From contig OZ210884.1 in assembly GCA_964658305.1 (NCBI GenBank), positions 3,534,001 to 3,598,000 of the forward strand: 64,000 nucleotides of DNA. The letters run 5' to 3'. Below, piece by piece: positions 13,615-26,924 of the stretch. The DNA comes from Leptogorgia sarmentosa. Taxonomy: Eukaryota. Under the pieces are notes generated by a model. The model did not search any database and was not told where the DNA came from. It saw only the letters and a program-made list of their open reading frames with translations. How positions within the stretch are numbered: the stretch's first letter is position 1; each line of letters opens with the position of its first letter. Both the position numbers and the translations under genes were made by a program.

Positions 13615-14633
13615 TTAAAAAAAATAATCTATCGTAGGTCCAATTGTAATAAGTAACAGAAACTTCATATCATTCGCGGATGGAACGAGAGTTTGGACAT
13701 AGGTGGGTTCTGCAAATAGGGTGGGTCGTGGATTGGAAGGTCGTGCAGTTGAGGACGGCCGGGCCGGGAGTTCTTGAGGATCGTGGAGTTGTGGAGGTTC
13801 GTGTAGTTGAGGGCGGTCGTGCAATTGAGAAGAAACTTAAAATTGATGACGACCCTTGAAGTTGAGGAGGGTTGTGGAGTTTGGACTGCGGAAAGCTGTG
13901 GAGTTGAGGATTATCGCCCTGTTTGGACTGTGGAGGGCTGTGGAGTTGAGGACGGTCGTGGAGTTGTGGATGATTGCGCTGCTTGGAATGTGAAGGGCTG
14001 TGGAGTTGCGGATGATTGCGCTGCTTGGAATGTGAAGGGCTGTGGAGTTGTGGATGATTGCGCTGCTTGGACTGTGAAGGGCTGTGGAGTTGTGGATGAT
14101 TGCGCTGTTTGGAATGTGGAGGGCTGTGGAGTTGAGGATGATTGTGCAGTTTAGACTGTGGAGGGCTGTGGAGTTGAGGATGATTATGCAGTTTGGACTG
14201 TGGAGGGCTGTGGAATCGCGGACGGTCGTGGGGTTTGGACTGCGGAGGGTTTTGAAACTGAAAGGTGTCTTGAAGCTAAGATGGTGGTGTGTGGTGAAAT
14301 CCTCGAGAACAATCTCGGTGGACAATCGTTTGTAAAGAATGTCCATTTGCAACTCAGCTTGCAATCAAATGAAGGATTTTCACGAACATCCAAAAATCGT
14401 AAGTTCGGAAAAGCCAATTTAATCTTCGTAAAATTTAGCGAAACAAACCTGTTTCGTCTTAGATCGATCGATACCACCCATCCCTTTCGGCGCGATATTG
14501 GTAGGTTCTGTGTGCGTTTTATCCCCAAACCATAACAATCCAAAACATTAAACCGTTGTTTCTCCAAACAATTAAAAACGGTTGTACTTCCAACAAGTAA
14601 AAAGCACAAAACGAGAAAAACCAAGCGCAGCAT
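13615..14633 (-). pseudogene. Signal peptide + short leucine-rich-repeat domain + Ser/Thr/Pro mucin-like stalk, with in-frame stops; copy 1
   Basis: [16 protein letters not shown] signal peptide; LDCYGLGI (LRRNT-like); IDLRRNRF and LRFLDVRENPSFDC (LRR/LRRCT-like); then 42-bp/14-aa repeats QPSTVQTAQSSSTP. The TAA at 14184 is CAA in the 19.4-kb copy. Confidence 0.7.
13870..14250. repeat. 42-bp tandem repeat (~8 units) encoding the S/T/P stalk on the minus strand
   Basis: Unit TGTGAAGGGCTGTGGAGTTGTGGATGATTGCGCTGCTTGGAA and variants. Confidence 0.9.
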
Positions 14634-14709
14634 TATTTTCAGCTGTTTCTTTGTCGATCGTATCGTGATGTTTGTATAACGGTATTCGTGATTGTTTTTC
14701 TTAGGTTCT

Positions 14710-14892
14710 TGTGGTAGTGGTGACTTGTGATGGTGTTGATGGTGGTGATTTATGATGGCGATGATGGTGGTGATGGTGGTGATGATGGGAATGGTGGGGA
14801 TGGTGGTGATGGTGGTGATGGTAGTGGTGACTGGTGATGGTGGTGATGGTGGCGATTGTAATAGCGTTGGGTTTAGACGGTGGTGATGGTTT
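14710..14892. repeat. (GGTGAT)n low-complexity repeat, also at ~15912-16200, 19920-20262, 21045-21295 and 22177-22370
   Basis: GGT/GAT trinucleotide mosaic that produces His-, Thr/Ile- or Pro/Ser-rich spurious ORFs. Confidence 0.9.
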
Positions 14893-15025
14893 CATTCGTC
14901 TGTATCTGAAAATCCTAATGACCCAGGTCCTCTTGTAAAGTATATTACTTCGTCTTAAACAAATCTCTTCTTCAACTGGTGAATATGTCTTCAATCGTAA
15001 CTTTATGATATTTCTGTATTTCTTT

Positions 15026-15545
15026 TGTTAAATATGTTTTTATTTGCACGAGGAGGGAATCGTTACACTTTGTCTATAGTATTTCTACTGTTCGTAAAGA
15101 TCTTCCATCTTCTTCTTCTTGGCGTTGTTTGGTCGGTTTCTTCGTTGAGTTCGTCTGTTTGAGTTTCGGTAGCCTTTTCATTTGATACGCTTTTACTTCG
15201 GTCTACGTCCACTGACTCAAGTTGGGATGGGGAGTTCCTTTTATACTGTCGGTCGAGGGGATCTCTAGACACGTGAACAGCGAGGTGGCACGATACTGAA
15301 TCCACCAATCAGCGTTCATGTGTTGTACTATGAACCGTCGTTCCAGCTCTCCAATTCTGTTTGTTTAGGATGTTGTCGCACTTCTCAAGTCAGTTTTACG
15401 CTCATTCTACCGATACTTAGATAGGTTAAGACTAACCTACTTCATTACTTATTAATAGCAAAATATTTGACGTGCAACCTCTAGGCTTAGCTTTAAGAGT
15501 TAACTTAATTTAGAAGAGAATTTAACGAACTGGGATTTTGATGTC
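15026..15545 (-). mobile_element. LTR-like repeat, partial copy
   Basis: On the minus strand: GATTGG (CCAAT box), CAGTATAAAAGG (TATA), TCAGT about 25 nt later (Inr-like), then AATAAA. Homologous to 18580-19203 and 24590-25140. Confidence 0.6.
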
Positions 15546-15835
15546 CATTTGCAACTCAGCTTGCAATCAAATGAAGGATTTTCACGAACATCCAAAAATC
15601 GTAAGTTCGGAAAAGCCAATTTAATTTTCGTAAAGTTTAGCGAAACAAACCTGTTTCGTCTTAGATCGACCGATACCATCCACCCCTTTCGGCGCGATAT
15701 TGGTAGGTTCTGTGTGCTTTTTATCCCCAAACCATAACAATCCAAAACATTAAACCGTTGTTTCTCCAAACATTTAAAAACTGTTGTTCTTCCAACAAGT
15801 AAATAGCGAGAACAAGAAAAACCAAGCGCAACATT
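15540..15835 (-). pseudogene. LRR ORF copy 2; signal region frameshifted, truncated after CKWT and fused to the LTR-like repeat
   Basis: Near-identical to 14340-14633; junction GGAC|ATCAAAATCCCAG. Confidence 0.75.
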
Positions 15836-16439
15836 TTTTTCAGTTGTTTCTTTGTCGATCGTGTCGTGATGTTTGTATAACGGCATTGGTGATTGTTTTT
15901 CGTGGGTTCTTGTGGTAGTGGTGACTTGTGATGGTGTTGATGATGGTGATGGTGGTGATGGTTGTGATGGCGGTGATGGTGGTGATGGTGGTGACTGGTG
16001 ATGGTGGTGATGGTAGTGGTGACTGGTGATGGTGGTGATGGCGGTGATGGTGGTGATTGCGGTGATGGTGGTGATGGCGGTGATGGTAGTGGTGACTGGT
16101 GATGGTGGTGATGGTAGTGGTGACTGGTGATGGTGGTGGTGTCTGGTCATGGTGGTGATGGTGGCGATTGTAATGGCGTTGGGCTTAGACGGTGGTGATG
16201 GTTTTATTTCTGCACCGTTAAATAAGGTGGGTTCAGGTGGAGAAATTGAAAACAATTAAAAAAACTTTATAATATTTATGTATTTCTTTATCACCTTCTG
16301 AATAGCATTAATTCCAAGGTGATGCTATTTTATTCAGGCTTTTAGCCTTATGAATAATGCATGCTTAGAAGTGTTGTGCTGAAGTATTTTTTACTAACGG
16401 ACAGTGATGACCTAATTTTTTATTTGCAGAACGCGGTTA

Positions 16440-17441
<1,002 letters not shown>

Positions 17442-18259
17442 CATATTCCATTACATTATGAGTGAGCGTTTTCATCTCAGCCATTGCTAAGCTGAATAGT
17501 ACTTCGCTTGCGCAAGTTCGTGGGCGCTAAAGCATTCGCTTAATCATGCAAGGTTAACTAAAGTCTTACTTTCTAAAATAAAGTCTTTATGTCATTGAAT
17601 ATATGTATCGCGTATAGTATCTGAGTACATCATTATATAAGGTGTCACGCAACAATGTACAATTCAACTCGAACAGCCAGATCGTCGAGGTCGCAAAGGG
17701 AATGCTCGTTACTTAGTTCGCGTGAAATACGCTAGAGCACCCAATTTCCAAACATTCTTTTATTTCTATTTCTTCTAAATTGAAATATTTAACGTTCACA
17801 CAGACACTTTACAAACACGTACACAGTCAAACATATGGACCAAGACTTACTAACTAGGTAACATTATTTACATTTGATGCACGTGCAGTTGTCAAACACG
17901 GATTGTTTATAATTGTTTATTGTTGACCACATATGGTCATTTTTAATCATCCCTGATATCAATATGAATCGAACCCCGTATGTTAAACGTACTCGTATAA
18001 CATGTGTATATATTTCATATAACAAACAGAATGAAGATAGCTACAATAATTAATCATACCGAAAACGTAGCAGTCTAAGTAAAAAAGCATGCATAAGTAT
18101 AGCTGACGGAATGAAATTGAATAGAGATCAGGTTCTTCCTTTTTGCATTCTTGTTGAAGAATAAGAACAAAGTCGATATTTTTTTAATTTGATCTCAAAT
18201 CTGACATTTATCATTTACTCATTTGATTTATATATCAAATGGAAATAATTGCAAAGACC

Positions 18260-18579
18260 GAATGGTAGCTAATACTTTAAATTGGTAAAGCCCATGATAG
18301 GTTGTGAAGGACGTGTATTCTTTGGGGAATGCCCCATTTCGACTTGCCAGTAGCCAGAAATCAAATCTAATGTAGTGAAAAATTGGGTTTGTCCCAGTAA
18401 TTCAAGGGATTCCTGAATATCCGGAATTGGGTTGGAGTCTTTTTTAGCAACGGCGTTCAATTCGCGATAATCAACGCAAAACCTATTACACCCATCCTTT
18501 TTCTTAACCAAGACAACGGGACTAGCCGAAGCACTCACTGATGGTTCGACGACATCATCGTGAAGCATTGATGTAATAT
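18260..18579 (-). mobile_element. Ty3/gypsy reverse transcriptase N-terminal fragment
   Basis: ITSMLHDDVVEPSVSASASPVVLVKKKDGCNRFCVDYRELNAVAKKDSNPIPDIQESLELLGQTQFFTTLDLISGYWQV shows canonical gypsy RT motifs; it frameshifts afterwards and ends before YxDD. Confidence 0.95.
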
Positions 18580-19203
18580 TGTTACATATGTTTTTATTTG
18601 CACGAGGAGGGAATCGTTACAACTGTGCCTATAGTATTCCTACTGTTCGTGAAGATCTTCCGTCTTCTTCTTCTTCTTAGCGTTGTTGTTTATTGTCGGT
18701 TTCTTCGTCGAGTTTGTCCTGTTTGAGGTTCGGTAGCCTTTTCATTCAATGCGTTCTTTACTTCGGTCTACGTCCACTCTCTCAGGTTGGAATGGGGAGT
18801 TCCTTTTATACTAACGGTCGAGGGGATCTTTGGACACTTGAACAGCCAGGTGGCACGATACTGAATCCACCAATCAGCGTTCATGTGTTGTACTGCGAAC
18901 CCTCGTTCCAGCTCTCCAATTCTGTTTTTTTAGGGTGTTGTCGCACTTCTCAAGTCAATTTTACGCTCATTCTACCGATACTTAGATAGGTTAAGACTAA
19001 CCTACTTTATTACTTACTAATAGCAAAATATTTGAAGTGCAAAATCTAGGCTTAGCTTTATGAGTTAACTTAACTTAGAAGAGAATTTAACGAACTGAGA
19101 TTTTGATGACGTATTATTATAATTACTCAACCGCGCGAATTATCTTGAGGCGTGATTGATAGCAAAACCCAAACCATACGCACGTGTAAGTACAAAGGTT
19201 ACA
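18580..19203 (-). mobile_element. LTR-like repeat, most complete copy (~620 bp)
   Basis: Minus strand begins TGTAACC and ends TGTAACA (TG...CA), with CCAAT box, TATAAAAGG and AATAAA in the expected order. A further partial 3' copy abuts it at ~19204-19350. Confidence 0.65.
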
Positions 19204-19350
19204 TGGTTGTATTTATAGTAATGTTAAATATGTCTTTATTTGCACGAGGAGGGAATCGTTACAATTGTGCCTATAGTATTTCTACTGTTCGTAAAGATCT
19301 TCCGTCGTCTTCTTAGCGTTGTTTAGTCGGTTTCTTCGTTGAGTTCGTCT

Positions 19351-19841
19351 CAGCAGTTTGGAATGTGGAGGGCTGTGGAGTTGAGGATGATTGTGCAGTT
19401 TGGACTGTGGAGGGCTGTGGAATCGCGGACGGTCGTGGGGTTTGGACTGCGGAGGGTTTTGAAACTGAAAGGTGTCTTGAAGCTAAGATGGTGGTGTGTG
19501 GTGAAGTCCTCGAGAACAATCTCGGTGGACAATCGTTTGTAACGAATGTCCATTTGCAACTCAGCTTGCAATCAAATGAAGGATTTTCACGAACATCCAA
19601 AAATCGTAAGTTCGGAAAAGCCAATTTAATCTTCGTAAAATTTAGCGAAACAAACCTGTTTCGTCTCAGATCGACCGATACCACCCATCCCTTTCGGCGC
19701 GATATCGGTAGATTCTGTGTGCTTTTTTATCACCAAACCATAACAATCCAAAACATTAAACCGTTTTTTCTCCAAACATTTAAAAACGGTTGTACTTCCA
19801 ACAAGTAAAAAGTACAAAACGAGAAAAACCAAGCGCAACAT
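19351..19841 (-). pseudogene. LRR-mucin ORF copy 3 (frameshift at ~19725; stalk truncated and fused to an LTR piece)
   Basis: ORFs 19626-19841 and 19313-19684 together reproduce copy 1. Confidence 0.8.
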
Positions 19842-20264
19842 TATTTTCAGTTGTTTCTTTGTCGATCGTGTCGTGATGTTTGTATAACGGCATTGGTGAT
19901 TGTTTTTCGTGGGTTCTTGTGGTAATGGTGACTTGTAATGGTGGTGATGGGGTTGATGGTGGTGATGGTGGTGATAGTTGTGTTGGTGGTGATGGTGGTG
20001 ACTGATGATGGTGGTGATGGTGGTGATGGTAGTGGTGACTGGTGATGGTGGTGATGGTTGTGATGGTGGTGATCGCGGTGATGGTGGTTATGGTGGTGAT
20101 AGTGGTGATAGTGGTGATGGTGGTGATGACTGGTGATGGTGGTGGTGATGGTAGTGGTGATTGGTGATGGTGGTGATGGTAGTGGTAGTGGTGACTGGTG
20201 ATGGCGGTGATGGTAGTGATGGTGGTGATGGTGGAGATGGTGGTGATGGTGGTGATGGCGGTCA

Positions 20265-20395
20265 TGTGTAATGAGCTCTCGTTGTGCTGGGGCTGTGCTG
20301 TATGGCCTCTGGCGCATAGGTGGAATGCCATTAGTTGTTATTTCATGCTGCACAATGGATGTTCGCCCTAAATCCTGCGTTATGCTCACCAACCC
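20265..20395 (-). mobile_element. Ty3/gypsy pol fragment immediately upstream of RT (duplicated at ~22372-22500)
   Basis: [38 protein letters not shown] is the typical gypsy pre-RT linker. Confidence 0.88.
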
Positions 20396-20635
20396 ACTAC
20401 CTTATATTAGTATATACAAAAGAATAATTAGGCAAGCTACAAGCGAAACTTCATTATATATGGAGTGTAAGGTAATAAAACATATAAAATGTACGATATC
20501 ATTAGAAGAGTCTTTAACTGACTTACGAGAAGGAGCTGCGACATTTGGATTAGCCACGCACGCAAAAAGTAAAGTATAAAAACCGATGTATACGTTAGAC
20601 CCGCAGGCATATATAGTCTCGCACCACAATGATTG

Positions 20636-20968
20636 TATAATTTAGAAGAGAATTTAACGAACTGGGATTTTGATGTCCATTTGCAACTCAGCTTGCAATC
20701 AAATGAAGGATTTTCACGAACATCCAAAAATCGTAAGTTCGGAAAAGCCAATTTAATTTTCGTAAAGTTTAGCGAAACAAACCTGTTTCGTCTTAGATCG
20801 ACCGATACCATCCACCCCTTTCGGCGCGATATTGGTAGGTTCTGTGTGCTTTTTATCCCCAAACCATAACAATCCAAAACATTAAACCGTTGTTTCTCCA
20901 AACATTTAAAAACGGTTGTACTTCCAACAAGTAAAAAGCACAAAACGAGAAAAACCAAGCGCAAAATT
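20636..20968 (-). pseudogene. LRR ORF copy 4 (start codon mutated, truncated after CKWT)
   Basis: Part of the block 20636-22175, which duplicates ~15505-17565. Confidence 0.75.
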
Positions 20969-21472
20969 ATTTTCAGTTGTTTCTTTGTCGATCGTGTCGT
21001 GATGTTTGTATAACGGCATTGGTGATTGTTTTTCGTGGGTTCTTGTGGTAATGGTGACTTGTAATGGTGGTGATGGGGTTGATGGTGGTGATGGTAATGA
21101 TGGTTGTGTTGGTGGTGATGGCGGTGATGGCGGTGACTGGTGATGGTGGTGATGATGGTGACTGGTGATGGTGGTGATGGTAGTGGTGACTGGTGATGGT
21201 GGTGATGGTAGCGGTGACTGGTGATGGTGGTGGTGTCTGGTCATGGTGGTGATGGTGGCGATTGTAATAGCGTTGGGCTGAGACGGTGGTGATGGTTTTA
21301 TATCTGCACCGTTAAATAAGGTAGGTTCAGGTGGAGAAATTGAAAACAATTAAAAAAACTTTATAATATTTATGTATTTCTTTATCACCTTCTGAATAGC
21401 ATTAATTCCAAGGTGATGCTATTTTATTCAGGCTTTTAGCCTTATGAATAATGCATGCTTAGAACGTGGTTA

Positions 21473-22054
<582 letters not shown>

Positions 22055-22819
22055 CACATTCCATTATGAGTGAGCGTTTTCATCTCAGCCATTGCTAAGC
22101 TGAATATTGTACGCTTGCGCAAGTTCGTGGGCGCTAAAGCATTTGCTTAGTCATGCAAGGTCAACTAAGGTCTTTAATGGTGACTTGTAATGGTGGTGAT
22201 GGGGTTGATGGTGGTGATGGTTGTGATGGTGGTGATCGCGGTGATGGTGGTCATGGTGGCGATAGTGGTGATAGTGGTGATGATGGTGGTGATGGTAGTG
22301 GTGATTGGTGATGGTGGTGATGGTAGTGGTAGTGGTGACTGGTGATGGCGGTGATGGTGGTGATGGCGGTCATGTGTAATGAGCTCTCGTTGTGCTGGGG
22401 CTGTGCTGTATGGCCTCTGGCGCATAGGTGGAATGCCATTAGTTGTTATTTCATGCTGCACAATGGATGTTCGCCCTAAATCCTGCGTTATGCTCACCAA
22501 CCCACTACCTTATATTAGTATATACAAAAGAATAATTAGGCAAGCTACAAGCGAAACTTCGTTATATATGGAGTGTAAGGTAATAAAACATATAAAATGT
22601 ACGATATCATTAGAAGAGTTTTTAACTGACTTACGAGAAGGCGCTGCGACATGTGGATTAGCCTCGCACGCAAAAAGTAAAGTATAAAAACCGATATATA
22701 CGTTAGACCCGTAGACATATATAGTCTCGCACCACAATGATTAAATTTTTCAGTTTTTAATAGTTCATTTCATCATTCTTATTAATTACACTAAATTACT
22801 ATTGTTCCATTTTCAATTA

Positions 22820-23125
22820 CTATTGTTCCATTACTCTAAAGCTACGCGGATATATATCACTATATGTGTCCCACACTGGTACCCGCCCCGTTTCGTCTCT
22901 TGTTTTTTCGCCTCTTGTTTTTTTCTTCTGCCGCTCTCGCTCGCAGGTTTCGCATGGCGCAGTCCAGTGCGCCGCAGGAAGTTTTTTGTATCCGTTTTCC
23001 AAATATTCTTGCTCTTTGAACGCCTCTTCGACAGGGCGCTCAGCAAATCCGATGTCGCTGAAATCCTCGTCGGAGGACTCGCCCTCGAAAAAAACCTTCG
23101 CCTCCTCCGCATACTTTGGATCCAT
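22820..23125 (-). CDS. Small intronless acidic/basic protein with CxxC (~101 aa from MDPKYAEE); compact virus/Maverick-like gene
   Basis: Upstream on the minus strand are GATTGG (~23250) and TATAAATA (~23225). The ORF is intact and contains PCETC. No family recognised. Confidence 0.45.
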   Translation of the reverse strand: MDPKYAEEAKVFFEGESSDEDFSDIGFAERPVEEAFKEQEYLENGYKKLPAAHWTAPCETCERERQKKKTRGEKTRDETGRVPVWDTYSDIYPRSFRVMEQ

Positions 23126-24589
23126 TTCACTTCTTGTATTCTTTGTCTTCTTGGCTTCTTTACAAGCGTTTTCTTCTAATATGAGTTCCGTTTTACTTTC
23201 CAAACCACATCAAGCGGACTTATTTATAGTAACGATCCCTCGGACTCAACCAATCACATTCTGACTCCAGAATGACTCCGTAATTTTTGGAGTCATTTTT
23301 CACCTTTCTCTTCTTTCTTTTTCTTTTTTTCTGAATTTTCTTTGTTTTTCCGCTCTATTCTTTCTTCATTCGGATACGTGTTCAGAGCGAGGCCTTGCAT
23401 GTATACGTGTATATAAGGATAAACGTTTTGTGACGTATGCTGATCATGTGTAAAGCAGGAGTAAAGTGTCTGCGTCTTGTGACATTCCCCCAAGCAACTT
23501 GCTGGGCGCATCGTCTCTCGCTCTGATCAGGAACGCAGATCCGATTGATCGGAATGAGGCAAGACCATCAACGCCCAAAACAACAGTTGTATAGAGGAGT
23601 TTTTAATCAACCATTTCAAGAAGCATTTCAGCTCCTGAGTTTCAGAATCACAAGTGAGTACACCTGATCCAAACGTCTTGTTTAGATCTTCCAAAAATGG
23701 TGTGACTCCACCAGATAATGCTTTGTTAGTTCTAAAGTAGCACAATCTAAAATAAATCAAAACCGTCATAACAAAGAAGCTTTCAATTTTTCAAACGAAT
23801 TAGATTTTCAGACGATTAGAGCGTGTTCGACTAGCTATGGGTTCGTCTCTTTCAGAATAAGATTCTGTTATGCTCATCAACCCACTACCTTATAATATAG
23901 TATACAAAAGAATAATTAGGCATGCTTCACGCAAAACTGCATGATATGTAGGGTTCAGATAATAAAACATATAAAATGTACGATATCATGGTAAAAGAGT
24001 CTATAACTGACTTAGGAGAAGTTCAGCGGAAATCCGTTTCGAATCCGTTTCGTAACCAGCGGCGATACAGCGGTATTCAGGAGCGCAATAGTTTCGTCCG
24101 GTGCTGAATTGTCGAAAATCAAGTTGCGAGAGAAGGTGGACGCCGGAGTCCTGGTTATTTGTGTGGTCTCGTCGAGGGTTTGGCAGCTAACGTCAACAGT
24201 CGTTTTACGGTGGGATTGAGAACTATCTTCAATGCAGTCGTTTCACAATCGGTTTGGGTACCAACTTCAACAGTCGTGGTCACAGTTGTCGGATGCGTTT
24301 GCTGTGGCACTGGCGTTGCTGGTATATTGACGAGATATATGTCCCCAAAGACGGTTGTCATGAAGCCGATCTTCCACCACTGTTAATTATCGTAGCAAGA
24401 GATTTGCCAGGCGGGAAACGAATTCTTATAATAAACATAAGAGCCCAACATATAACTTTTAGTAAAGCCATAAACACAATATAAAAGTTTTAAAAGTGAT
24501 TTATTTAGTAACGTTTCGTCTTTAACTTAAGGCATCTTCAAACTATAATGGTATAAAATTGCATTGGGTAAGAATGCTAATTATTAAGT

Positions 24590-25140
24590 ATAACTTTATT
24601 TGCGCGAGGAGGGAATCGTTACAATTGTGCCTATAGTATCGCTACAGTTCTTAATGTTCTTCCGTCGTCTTTTTTATGTTGTTTCGGCCGCGTCTTGTTG
24701 TCTTGTTTGAGGTTCGAATTCGGTGGCCCTTTCATTCAATGCGTTCTTTACTTCGGTCTACGTCCAGTGACTCAAGTTGGAATGGGGAGCTCCTTTCATA
24801 CTTTTATTTGAGGGAATCTTTGTCCACGTGAACAGCGACGTGTTACGATGTTAAATGCACCAATCAGCGTTCATGTGTTGTACTGTGAACACCCGTTCCA
24901 GCTATCCATTTCTGTTTGTTTTATGGTTTTATCGCACTCCTCGAATCCGTTTTATGCTCATTCTACCGATACTTAGAGAAGTTCAAAACTAACTTAATTC
25001 ATCATTTCTTAATCGTAAATGTTCAACCTATAAGCGTATATCTGTACACTTGGTTTGGTGAACTAACCAAATTAAAAGAGAACTAAACTAACTGAGGTTT
25101 TTGATGACGTAATATTATAATTATTGAACCTCGCGAAATA
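24590..25140 (-). mobile_element. Diverged copy of the LTR-like repeat
   Basis: Shares GAGGAGGGAATCGTTACA, TTACTTCGGTCTACGTCCA, CCAATCAGCGTTCATGTGTTGTACT and TTTTGATGACGTA with the other copies. Confidence 0.65.
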
Positions 25141-25329
25141 TCTCTAGAAATGATTGACGCATCTGGCTTGTTTCCCATGTCCCCTGACAAACATTGACAG
25201 TATCCAAACATGGTTTATTTTTTCTATCCGCCTGCTTTGAAACGTTCTGCGTAGTTTGACATTCTGCGTAGTTTCAAAAATTATATTACTTTTCGTTATA
25301 TTTTGTAGCCAAAAATGTCTCTCATCCGG

Positions 25330-26065
25330 CTTATCTTCCAGGTGCATAATACTTTGTTTGCCTGCTGAACTTGACTTTAATATTTACACAATGTTATGCA
25401 ACTGCGTAACAATAAGTTTTTAGTTAACTTTGTTCTCATATGTGAAATATTCAATTTTATTTTTTTCCACTTTGTTCGTAAGAAAAGCTGCAAGATAACT
25501 ACTTGGTTAAAAACGTTTTCATCCTAAAATTGTTTTTTAGAGTACGTATTTCAATCAATATTCACTAAATCTATAAACTCTTTTTAAAACAAAATTTTAA
25601 AACGTTTGAATCAACTATTATTGAGTCTTTGGTTATTTTTGCAAACGATTTGTTTCATTCAAATTTCATTAGGGTCAATATTGATTGCTCTTTTAATATA
25701 ATATAGCTAATAAGTTTTCGAAATTGTCTGGTTGAATAATTTCAAAAATAAAGTCATCGGTCTGTTTTATTTATATTCAAGAATCCACTAGCGTAGACAA
25801 AATATTCTGATTTCTGCGAAATTGTTCATTGCAGCAAGATGATAATGTAGCCATGTAGCTATGTATTCGTTGTTAATAAATAATTACTTTTTCATTTATT
25901 TCTATAATATTCTATGTATGTTGCTGTTATTTTTTCCTTGTGTTTTTATGTTGTGTTTGTCATTGTGACTGTGATTTCTTTTGTTGTGATGTCTTTCCCG
26001 GACACGATTCATATACCTTTTACCTGATATTGCCATTTTGTGACTATCGAATTGAGTTGCACTCT
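25330..26065 (-). repeat. Right arm B of cassette 1 (inverted relative to arm A)
   Basis: CGGACACGAT (25999), ATTGCCAT (26029) and GTGACTATCGA (26040) are the reverse complement of the arm core. TTAACTTTGTTCTC (25424-25437) is the reverse complement of 31069-31082. Confidence 0.75.
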
Positions 26066-26721
26066 TCTGTTACGGCCGAAAAAAAAAGCATTAACCAAAT
26101 CATGAGAAGGCGATGGAATATCTGATAACGCCGGAGTAATACTACGTGATGCAAAAAAAGAATGAATTAAAGACTGTTCACTTAGTGACCCAATGCAAGA
26201 CAAAATTTCATGGAGTTCATTCAAACATGGCCGACATGAACTTTATGGGTGATATGAACTTTACCATGGGAGCAGCGCCAAGCTGAAGAAAGGATATTTA
26301 CAAACATATTAACGTAACGTTTATATATAGATATTATACCTCGCAGTCACATTGTCAAGTCAAAAGCTTACATTTGTACCACGTGTCCATAACATTTTTA
26401 GGGAATACCATCCCATGGGAACTTTATATCCTTTTTGTGTTTACTTGCATGTGAAAAAGATGTATTTTTGTTCGGTATAATATATCAGTTATATACCTGC
26501 ATCTCGGGGTTATATACAACGGTAATATTTAAATGCCATGAATTATACATATATTCATCCGCCCAGCAAGAATATCATACGTGGGTCCATTCAGGATCAC
26601 TAAAGATCGCCTACCATTTACATAAAGACATCAAGAAATTCTTTTTAAACCTTTATATTAATGTATGCATGCTCAATAGCTATTTTAGCTCATTTTCTGT
26701 CTAATTATCATTTTCCTATTC

Positions 26722-26924
26722 GAGGTCTGGGTCTAGTTGATTTTTGGAGGGGAAACGGACGAGGTAAATGTGTATTAAAGATGCTTTAAATAGTGTTTTT
26801 GCATTTCAGGCCTCACAACGAACTTTAGGAAATTAGAAAAACATTAGGAACACTTCCTAGATGTCATATTCGACATATCGTTTATTTTCGCCCCTCCGAA
26901 ACAAGCCACTAGACCCAGTCCTCT
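26722..26924. mobile_element. Short MITE
   Basis: Terminal inverted repeats GAGGTCTGGGTCTAGT / ACTAGACCCAGTCCTC. Confidence 0.6.

Noticed and set aside
13807..14535. Plus-strand Cys-rich repeat ORFs (GCGVVDDCAAW)
   Set aside because: Antisense shadow of the minus-strand S/T/P stalk, which is in frame with the signal peptide and LRR.
23293..23769. Possible coding exon fragment (..LKCFLKWL..MRPASCLGECHK..)
   Set aside because: Protein-like but interrupted by a stop and unassignable without a search.
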